A stretch of DNA of 60,883 nt from Negaprion brevirostris. Taxonomy: Eukaryota. The position numbers and the translations under genes were made by a program. Positions 51,989-60,883 of the stretch are shown piece after piece. Location of the stretch: positions 11,953,525 through 12,014,407 of the forward strand of contig JARDVH010000157.1 of the NCBI GenBank assembly GCA_030324005.1. The letters are read 5' to 3'. How positions within the stretch are numbered: the stretch's first letter is position 1; each line of letters begins with the position of its first letter. Below the pieces are notes generated by a model. That model was not told the DNA's origin. It was given only the letters and a program-made list of their open reading frames with translations, and did no database searches.

Positions 51989-52228
51989 TGTTGTGGCTTC
52001 AACAATGAATGATTATTATTAATACATATATACATACAAGATAAGGATCTGACAGAATTAATACACAAGTCTCTTTTGTCCCTCCTGGCCAACTGAGGTT
52101 CCTCCCTGTCCCAGGATGTTCACCCTTGCTCCTGATTGATTCAGCTTCTCACACAGCTCCTCCACAAGGTCTGGCCCAATAACATGACCCTCAATGGGTT
52201 GTCCCTTTAAAGGGGTCACATTATCACC
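51989..52228 (-). mobile_element. Solo LTR inserted in Gypsy
   Basis: End GTCCCTTTAAAGGGGTCACATTATCAC resembles the LTR end at 25150-25176. Confidence 0.6.
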
Positions 52229-53179
52229 TAGTGAAAAAAGGAGAAGGAACTCGATTCAGTCCAAAGATAAATTGTCATTAAATGTACAGGCAATTGCTGG
52301 TACAACAAATGGATATTAGATCACTCCCTTACTGGACAGACAGCCAGTGAACATAGAGGTGGACACTTGGGAACAAATCTTGCTCATGCCAGAGACTGTG
52401 TACAAAGAAAAGCTTTGAAATCCTCAAAAATAGTGTTTAAAACCTACACAATTCCAATTAGTTTGATTTTGCCCTCATCTGAGAACTATCTGAGTAACTT
52501 CTAGCAGGAATCAAATAATTGTAAATAGGGCTGGAATCCCACTCGGTGTTTCATATTCCCCAGCCTAGTGTAACTAAAGCTGGTTATAGTACCCTTGACC
52601 ATGGAAGGTATCTGTGTTATGAGCCCCACTGATCTTCAAAGTGAGGGTACCCCAAATCCCAGGAAGAAAACTTAGAATATCGGTTCTTAACTATTTAATT
52701 TTGCAGTTTGGAAAAAAATGTGAAAATAGAAATGAAACCTGTTGAGGAAAGGGCCCAGTCTTGTTCTAAGTTATTCAAATAGCAAAATGTTTATTAAACT
52801 TTAAAAACGTACAAGAAAGTCAATAGTAAAGAACAACATTTACAGTTAAATACAGCGATGGTTATCCAGGCAGTATATGTAAACTACCCCCAATCCAAAT
52901 CTATCTATTTTTCTAAACTCCTAGACTACACCTCTCCCAAAAAAAATTCTACAGAGTTTAGCACCATGAGTCAAATCCAGCAAATAATTACTACACAGGA
53001 CATATGGCTTTCTTTTTTGAACTTCTTTGGTTTCGGGTAGAAATAATGGGATCTTACACAGAGTTCTGCTGCTTTCTCTTCTGCACAGCAGCTTGATTCT
53101 GTGAGAGAGCTCTGCTTTGCAACTGGCATAGATATGGTCTAGGTCCCAAGATGGCTAGTCTCCTCTTTGCTTAACATGG

Positions 53180-54160
53180 TGTGCGCGATCTTCCAAAAAA
53201 TATTCTAAGTCCAAACCAGTGAGAAAATGGAAGAATGGCGCNNNNNNNNNNNNNNNNNNNNNNNNNNNNNNNNNNNNNNNNNNNNNNNNNNNNNNNNNNN
53301 NNNNNNNNNNNNNNNNNNNNNNNNNNNNNNNNNNNNNNNNNNNNNNNNNNNNNNNNNNNNNNNNNNNNNNNNNNNNNNNNNNNNNNNNNNNNNNNNNNNN
53401 NNNNNNNNNNNNNNNNNNNNNNNNNNNNNNNNNNNNNNNNNNNNNNNNNNNNNNNNNNNNNNNNNNNNNNNNNNNNNNNNNNNNNNNNNNNNNNNNNNNN
53501 NNNNNNNNNNNNNNNNNNNNNNNNNNNNNNAAATCACCACTCCTGCAGAGCACCTCCCCACTGATCACTACCCCTCCAGAGCTTTCACCTCCACCCATCA
53601 CCAACCTGTCTGCAGAGATTCCCCCCAGTTGATCACCATCCCCACAGAGTTCCCTGCTTGCTTCCCATTATAATTGCCCCACCTCCACTCAGGTCCCACA
53701 GGTCCAACCCTTTTGCACTGCCCTTGGCACCATTATGGTGCCCAATGAGCAGCATCAAGGTGCTTAATGGGCAGTGCCAATGGTGGACTCAGTGAGTCGG
53801 GAATTTAACTTGAGGCTTTTGCGCTTGGGTGCATGCCCCTAGTGGGCACTCCCAGGGTGCCCTGTAGGCACTGCCAGGTGGCATTGCCCATAGATAATGC
53901 CTGGCCGTGCAGCTCACCACAGCGGGGGATCGGGACTTCAATGGCCTCTGATTCCCCCACACCCCCTCCCCCAACCCTCCGCGAGGCTACCATGTCTGGT
54001 CCCCACTGGTGAGAACCATGAGTGATTCTCTTTGGCGAGACCTCTCGCAAAGCTTGTCATTAATATTTAAATCAGCTTCCCACCCATTTTGATGAGACCC
54101 TGGTGCCTCAGCAAGATTGCATCCAATTCCTCACTTTGGAGCAGCGGGAGTCTGCCCATT
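53180..54160. mobile_element. Non-autonomous TIR-type element (GC-rich shark family)
   Basis: Similar to 57144-58103 (ATTCTAAG..CCAA..AGTG.GAAAATGG; GGCA/TGCC-rich core). Confidence 0.55.
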
Positions 54161-54699
54161 TTATTGTGTATATTTGTGTTTGGCCAGTCACGGTTTAAAT
54201 AAAAAGCATAATACTCTATATGAATTATGTAAGCATAAATAACCTGAAATTGTATTGTTAAGCCAGAGTAATACAAGTTGGAGGATGTCAGCATAAAATG
54301 TACAATATTTAGGTAACACAGATTCAAGCTGACCAAGTACAGATTTGGTACTAATGGCAGAAAGTTCCTCATGCAAGAGATGACCAACAATTTGATTCTT
54401 GAGCAGGAATTTCAGGCAATAACCTTGGCATTCTCTAAAAGATGTTTGGATGCTGAGAAGGAGAGGTTATGACTTTTTCGGTATTAAGTAGCTTAATTAA
54501 TCATAAAGGGCTTCCTCATCCACTTTTATCTTATCATCTGCAGTGGACATTGTCAGCAATATGGTATTTTTGATCAAACAGAAAATCTCAGACAAGAAGA
54601 GGAATGGGAAAAATAGGTTCCTGGGAACTCTTTTTCTGCTCATCTGAAGGCACATTTTTCCTTTCAATTGCCAGTTCTATATTTAGCCCCAGAACAGAA

Positions 54700-54950
54700 G
54701 ATTAGGTCGTGGTGCAGATTCACACATTTGCATTTCTGAGAGCTGGATTTGAATCCAGCTCAGGAGGCTGAAATAAAGATCTACCCTGTCTGTCTCCTGT
54801 AAACATTCTATATGAGGCGAATTTGAGTAATCTCATTCCTGTTCTTGAAGGGATTAAGCCAATAACACTGAACTATTTCTAATTTAGTACCAGAATGCCA
54901 ACCTCACGCAAAAGACTGGTTTGGGAAATGAAAAATGGTACAATGGTTTA
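54700..54950 (+). mobile_element. LF-SINE-like ancient SINE remnant
   Basis: GGATTTGAATCCAGCTCAGG B-box and CTATATGA...TCTCATTCCTGTTC resemble LF-SINE as recalled. Confidence 0.4.
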
Positions 54951-55889
54951 GATGAGGCAGTCTTCTAATACAGTTTACTGTTCTGCTATACCTAATGTTC
55001 CTGATATGAGAATGTATCGCATTTCTCAGGGCTTACATTCCTTCTTTCTAATAACACAAAATGAATGATTGCTCACAGTCCCCACAAGTCCCAGCCCTTC
55101 AAATTCCCAAGAATCAAGTTGTGCCAAAATTGGAAATTGCTAACAAGTCTTTCATAAGACCAGGTTTCTTCAACCCTTATTGAAGTAGTTGCCCCTTGAC
55201 CTTGAGCAGAAAATTATTACTGAATTCTTTAAAGCTATTTAAAGAGAGAAGAAATCTTGTGATGAGGCCAAAGTGTTAACAAATTATTTCTGAAGGCCCC
55301 CCCTTTCTTGGTTGATGTGATTGGAGAGAATGAACCATGATGTTTTCTTCCCATCATCCATCATTAGCTTCTAATACTGACAGAGGGTTAAGTAGCATGC
55401 TTGTGTGTCTGTCGTCCAGACATACAGACAGGGTGTCTCACTCAGCATGTCCATGTTAGCATTTATTTTTGAGAGGCAAAAGAAGCTGAGCAAGGAAGCC
55501 AAAAGGGCTCGCATTGGAGCTGCATGTTTGTTTTTTTGTGTGGAAGCATTAGGGAAAATGCAAACAGCATAGAGGTGCTAAAAGTATTGAGATCAACTGA
55601 GATCAACATTAAACTGTCTGCCACGTTCACCTTTAATGACAGTTGAATCTGAGCCTCATCTGTATTAAACTAATAAACTGTTTTTGTTACATGTTTCCAA
55701 ATCTGTAACAAGAAAGCTCACTTGGCAGAAATTCATGCTGAAATATTTGGATATGCCAATTGTTGTGGCCTCAGCCGTCTTCAGACATATTTATAGATCT
55801 ATTTTATACTGCAGACATAGAGGAAAGAATTGCACTTTGAAGAAGGGAATTGGACAGAAGAAAGGAGGAGAACATTGGGCTAATCATTG

Positions 55890-56288
55890 AGATTTCCAGT
55901 ACAGCTACAACATTGACATCAATAAACCAGAGTGGAAAATTGCCCAGGTATGTCCTGTACATAAAAAGCAGGACAAATCCACCAGGCCAATTACTGCCCC
56001 ATCGTCTACTCCCGATCATCAACAAAGTGATGGGAAGTGTCATTGACAGTGCCATCAAATGGTTCTGACTCAGCAATAATTTGTCCACTGATGCTCAGTT
56101 TGGATTCTGCCAAGGTCACTCAGCTCCTTACCTCATTACAGACTTGGCCCAGACATGGATAAAAGAGCTGAACTCCAGAGGTGAGATGAGGGTGACTGCT
56201 CTTGACGTCAAGGCAAAATCTGAGCAAATACGGCATCAAGGAGCCCTAGATAAACTGAAGTTAATGGGAATCAGAGAAAAAAATTCTC
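55890..56288 (+). mobile_element. Family-B LINE RT, left half (continues at 60335)
   Basis: WKIAQVCPVHKKQDKS; QFGFCQGHSAPYLITDLAQTWIKELNSRGEMRVTALDVK. Confidence 0.88.
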
Positions 56289-56550
56289 TGTAATGATGCA
56301 CACTTATAGACTTCGTCAGGAACACAAAAACTATATATTAAAAATGAAAAACTGTACAGATGCCTGCACCCCCCTCCCCCACAGCTGCACTGGAGCAGCC
56401 CACCAACTAGCCCCTGCATGTCTTCAAACTGTCTTCTGCCTAAGAAAGGACTCCACTCCCTGGGTGATTGCCCACTTTCAACCTCAATTGATCCCTCAAG
56501 TCAGATGACCGTCTTCTGCTTTGTTGATCTTAAAAGAGACAATCACTACA
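56289..56550 (-). repeat. 3' LTR
   Basis: TGTAATGATG...CACTACA; colinear with 60082-60329; PPT adjacent. Confidence 0.88.
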
Positions 56551-57143
56551 TCCCTCCCCCATGAATTCCTTGATACAATTTTCAATAACCAAGTTACGCA
56601 AGCTCAAATTCTAAATAAACAAGTTGTAATTATAAATCGAGTCTTTGAGGAGTTCTTTTGTATTTTGTAGAGCGGTGTAATTCTGTAGCCTGAGATGCTT
56701 CCAAAGGATCAACATTAACAGGAATGGCAAATTACAGATATTTCTGCTGGCAGAGGCAGTTCGTTAATACTTTGTTCCATGAAGAGATCAGTTATGTGTA
56801 TAACAGATATATCTGGTACTTCAGTGCTTACGGGTTCAAAAACGTTTATTGATAGCAATATTGATTGCTAGAGCATCTCTCTACTCCCCCAGTGATCTAC
56901 ATGCTGAGGAATGATCCATCACTCCATGACTACTGGGTACGACAGGAGCCCAGTCACATTGATACTAATTCTAGGGATCTAAGTGATCCCCTACTGAAAT
57001 TTCATATCACAACACCATATCATATTGTGTATACAATATGGATTTTTAAAAATTTTTACAATGGTGATAGCTCATTGGTATCATTTTGAGGCTTGTGTGT
57101 TCAAACATAAACACTTAATGGTAGGCTTTAACTACGTACTATG

Positions 57144-58103
57144 AGGCAGAATTTTATGAGATTGATTCTAAGAGTCCAATTAGTGTGAAAATGGGAGAGC
57201 TCCTGATCTGTTTTTTGGGCGAGTTTTTACATCCAATCTTATGCACTTAGTCACTGAAAAAAAGTTCTAAACCGTTTCTAGCTGCTGCAAGCAGTGGGCT
57301 GGATTTAGTTCACCAGCCAGCAAGTAGAGGGAGAAACTGCACATATGTAGACCTTTGATCCTGCACATGATCAATAGCAACTGAAGGAGTCTGACAGACA
57401 GAACAAGTTGTCAGACCCCTGCTACAGCAGACAGCTACAACCAGTTCCCCCTACAACTGCCACAATTATGGGGGGCCCGTGGTCAATTACGAGCCCCTCA
57501 ATACATGGGTATTTAGCCCCCACCGCTCAGACCAATTGGGCTCCCCCTCTCCTGATCCAACTGTGACTGCAGAGTGGCAGTGGCTCTCTTTCCCCTCCTG
57601 ACCCAATCTTATGGCAGAGTGCCCAGCAGGGCCCGTCTCCCGATTGGGCTCTCCCTTCAAGCCAAACCTCCATAGGCCCTGCACCAAAGGCCCTACCCCG
57701 TAGGCCTTTCTCCCTATGCCCTGCCCCCAGGCTAGTGCCAATGTGCCTGCTGGGCAATGCCCAGGTGCCAAGGCCAGGCTGGTACTGCCCACGAGGCACC
57801 CCACCCTTTGCCCTCGGCTGTCCCAGGCGGCCTCAATGGCCTCCAGTTCCACCGGTGAGACAAATAGACTGTTCCCCGTTCATGGGGAGCAGGTGTTTTC
57901 CTCACCAGAGACAACGTCTCCTAGCGAGGCCATAAAAGCAAGTGAGCCCAGATGATTGAGTTCACTAACCATGTGGAAATCCAAATTCAAATAATTTATT
58001 TAGCCTCTCACTCATTTCCGGTGAGAGGCTGACCTCGTGATCCTGCTTTCTTGGCTCTTGCCCTGCCCATTGATGGGCAGGGTGAGCCAGTAAAATTCCA
58101 CCC
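57144..58103. mobile_element. Non-autonomous TIR element inside the LTR element
   Basis: TIRs AGGCAGAATTTTAT / GTAAAATTCCACCC. Confidence 0.65.
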
Positions 58104-58105
58104 AC

Positions 58106-58545
58106 AGCCTTACATGGAACTCTTCCAAACAGGCTTGCTGCTTTTCTATTCCCATGACCAATTCAGTAATCTTGTGCTGGCATATAATCTCAGTTTCTTT
58201 CTCTGTCTGAATTGCTGATTCTGCTGTCAATTTAAATTTTTATACCTCTTCAGATAATTTCTCATTGCCAAGCTTCCTTTTTCAAGTTCTTATTTTCCTG
58301 ATTCAATTCTTCACTGGACTTTTCTTACCTTCAGGTTACTTTAATGGAGTTCAGTTTATTCTCCATTGTCTCACGAAGTTCTCCTGAGCTTCATTTTGTC
58401 AATTTTTGCAACTTTTTAAATAAGTTGTCTATCAGTTGCTACACCTTGTTGTGTTAATGTCTCCTCTAGAGCTTTAAATCTTTTTGCTGATTCTTCTTTA
58501 TGTTCAATTGTTCCAAGCTTATTCTGAAGTCTTTAATTTTTTCCA
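58106..58545 (-). pseudogene. SYCP1: Intronless, decayed SYCP1-like coiled-coil fragment
   Basis: Translates as KALEETLTQ..., TMENKLNSIK...EKSSEELNQENKNLKK, (frameshift) KLGNEKLSEEV*KFKLTAESAIQTEKETEIICQHKITELVMGIEK; colinear with recalled human SYCP1 ENLQETETQ / EELQQENKALKK / EENLLEEVEKAKVIADEAVKLQKEIDKRCQHKIAEMVALMEK. Confidence 0.75.
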
Positions 58546-58558
58546 AGGTGAATCCATC

Positions 58559-58685
58559 AGGTGGGATTTTATGGCCTCGCTTATCCCGGAACAGTAAAAT
58601 CCCACCCAAGGTCAACGGACTGTCCTATTGTCCATCCCTTGCCTGCTCCGGTTCCCATGGTGGGTGGGGCAATAAAATTTTGGCC
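58559..58685. mobile_element. ~125-bp MITE
   Basis: AGGTGGGATTTTAT...ATAAAATTTTGGCC, ATC on both sides. Confidence 0.7.
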
Positions 58686-59443
58686 ATCATGTTCTTACTG
58701 GACATATACTTTTCACAAATGGAATCTTCACTTCTACTTGTCTTAACTTCAGCATTTTTGGCTTCATTGTGGGTTGGGTCTGTCTCTGATGAATGTTGAC
58801 TTGTTTCATTCTGCAATTCTCTCATTGTCCTTCATTTAGTCATTTAATGTTTTTCATTGCCTTCCTTCCGGGGTCTTTCATTATCATCCTCCTTTTGGAG
58901 TCTTTCACTGCCCTCCTGTAGTCTTTCATCATTGTTCATTCTTGGGGTCTTTCATGGTCTCCTAAGGTTTTCCATTGGTCTTCCCTGGGGTCTCATTGCC
59001 TCCTTTGATGTGTTTGAGGTCATTGTTGCTTATTGACATTTTTTGAGAATTACCCTTTAACTGAGGTCTTCTCCAAGTTTTCTGTCTATTGCTCTCTGTT
59101 CTTCTTGTGGTTGTTGCTTTAAATACATTGCAACATTAAATGTATTATCTTTTTAAATGCATTACTGCTTTAAGACTGTCAACTTTTTTTAAAACTGTCA
59201 GCAGCTGCCAGTTTTCTCTATGTGCTTTCCTGTGCTTTTGAAGTTTTGGCACGAGCCGGGCAGGTTCTCTTATTAACCTTTTTTTAAACTTTTAAAACTT
59301 CTTGTGTTTACAGACAGAAAGCTTCCTCAGCGAAATCTGTAGCATTTTTCCTCTCAGACCATTTGGATGCACTGGCTTCTCCTGTTAATTTCACTGCAAA
59401 ATCCAGCACTCTCAAGGCCCATGGGGCTGTTTTTGAAACTTCA

Positions 59444-59581
59444 TGGCTGGAATCTTATGGCCATTCACGCCAGTGGGATTTTCTGGTCCTGCTGCAGTGA
59501 ACAGTAGTTTGGCTGGGTGCCAAATTCTCTATCCCCGCTGCAGCAGCAGCAGAACATGAATGACCAGTAAGATCACAGCCT
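59444..59581. mobile_element. MITE
   Basis: GGCTGGAATCTTATGGCCATTCA / TGAATGACCAGTAAGATCACAGCC imperfect TIRs; flanks TCA/TTA. Confidence 0.7.
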
Positions 59582-60081
59582 TTAACTTATCTTCTACACA
59601 GATGAAGACTTTTTTAAAATCTGGAACTTGCTCACTGTAGTCTCTCAGTGCAGAGACCACTACCGTCCCACTCACCACCCGTAGACTCTGCTTGGATCGT
59701 GAGCCCAACAATCTCAGCCTCTTCACTTTCCTGCGCTCTGAAAACCAAGCTACAGCTCCTTGGGGCATTTTCTTTGTTTTAATTTGTCACTCAAAATACT
59801 ACTGTGTTCTCTTTGCTTTCTTATTAAGAAAAACAACTTGCAGCATCTCCTTGGCCTTTTTTAAAATTTATGTTCCACTTTTCCTTTGACACAAAATCTC
59901 GCTTCTAAGGGGTATTTTCCCTTCATTTTCTTTCTATATATTTCTAAACTTCTGACTGTACTGGCCAATTCAGTTTGCTCTGCATATTTTCCTCAGAGTC
60001 TGGTAATATCTTAACATCTCACACTCACACATCTCAAGCCTCAGGCAGTATCCTCATAATCCATTTTTTCCTTGCTGCCAA

Positions 60082-60329
60082 TATAATGATTCACATTTAT
60101 AGACTTTGTCAGGAACACAAAAATTATTTATTAACAAGAATAATTGTACAGAGGCCAGAAGCCCCCCGGCTGCCCCTGTCCGTACATGTCTTCCACATGT
60201 CTTCAGACTGTCTTCTGTCTAAGAGAAGACTCCACTCCCTGGGGTGATTACCCACTTTCAGTCCCAATTGGTCCCTCAAGCCAGCCAATCCTTTTCTGCT
60301 TTGTTGTCCTTAAAGGGACAATCACCACA
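60082..60329 (-). repeat. 5' LTR
   Basis: TATAATGATT...CACCACA; PBS adjacent on the minus strand. Confidence 0.88.
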
Positions 60330-60334
60330 ATCTC

Positions 60335-60883
60335 TATTAGTTGGAATTATATCTGGCATAAAGGAAGATGGTTGTGGCTCTTGGAGGTCAATCATCTCAG
60401 TCCCAGGACATCACTGCAATAGTTCCTCTGCAATAGGCCCTACCATCCTCAGCTGCTTCATTAATGACCTTTCTTCCATCGGAAGACCAGAAGTGGAGAT
60501 GTTTGCAGATGACTATCCATTGTTCAGCACCATTCATAACCCCTATGACCTTAAAGCAGTCCATCTTCCTATGCAACAAGACCTGGAAAATATTTGGGCT
60601 TGGGCTGATAAGTGGTAAGCAATATTCATACCACATAAGTGCTAGGCATTGACAATCTCCAAACGATAATCCAACCATCACCCCTTGACATTCAACGATA
60701 AAAGCAAATTACCACAGATGTTGGAATCTGAAACCAAAAGAGAAAATGCTGGAAAATCTCAGCGCCATATATAAGGAGAGGAAAGAGCTGATGTTTCGAA
60801 TCCAGAAGACTCTTTGTGAAATTCAATGATGTTACCTTTGCTGGATCCTTTTATCAATATCCTGGGGGTAATCATTGACCAGA
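60335..60883 (+). mobile_element. Family-B LINE RT, right half
   Basis: GPTILSCFINDLSSIGRPEVEMFADD...MQQDLENIWAWADKW. Confidence 0.9.
60700..60820 (-). mobile_element. Penelope-like-derived insertion with 10-bp TSD
   Basis: Flanked by ATTCAACGAT (60690-60699) and ATTCAATGAT (60821-60830); minus-strand GAGTC-TTCTG-GATTC-GAAAC. Confidence 0.75.

Larger units (their letters stand above)
50964..52450 (+). mobile_element. Gypsy gag-protease remnant
   Basis: FDENMEQWNSHTEQFDRFV|QANKI; RFRFHKCNQKEGE; knuckles CHDCANTRHPAADC and CRNCGREGHIECAC; IEVDT. Confidence 0.88.
56289..60329 (-). mobile_element. Non-autonomous LTR retroelement carrying SYCP1-like cargo
   Basis: Direct-repeat LTRs 56289-56550 and 60082-60329; PBS TGGCAGCAAGGA (60080-60069); PPT GGGGGAGGGA (56560-56551); TSD TTCTC/ATCTC; host LINE rejoins across it. 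Confidence 0.88.

Noticed and set aside
58106-58545. The genuine SYCP1 locus
   Set aside because: Intronless, contains stops, a frameshift and a deletion, and lies between LTRs; treated as captured cargo
1-60883. CRISPR arrays, operons or other prokaryotic systems
   Set aside because: No regularly spaced repeats or gene-dense regions; the sequence is vertebrate repeat-rich DNA

Overview
Repeat-rich eukaryotic DNA from a cartilaginous fish, most likely a carcharhiniform shark. The call rests on HE1-type V-SINEs, HER1/CR1 LINEs, SacSINE1-like DeuSINEs and elasmobranch-type Penelope-derived repeats. I find no intact, recognisable protein-coding gene. Most ORFs in the track are decayed retroelement pieces or run through N gaps. 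The window holds nested LINEs (CR1/HER1, a second CR1/L2-group family, Rex1, RTE, L2), Ty3/Gypsy remnants and solo LTRs, SINEs, TIR elements and palindromic Penelope-like repeats with hammerhead-ribozyme-like cores. A CpG-rich promoter/first-exon-like region of an unidentified gene lies at ~10.75-11.55 kb. The best observation is a ~4 kb non-autonomous LTR retroelement (56289-60329, minus strand) with two LTRs, PBS, PPT and a near-perfect 5-bp TSD. It has no gag/pol but carries a decayed, intronless coiled-coil segment resembling the meiotic protein SYCP1 (EELxQENKxLKK and EEVxKxKxxAxxAxxxxKExxxxCQHKIxExVxxxEK). This suggests an LTR element captured a synaptonemal-complex gene fragment. All family names come from recognition by eye, not database searches, and repeat boundaries are approximate.
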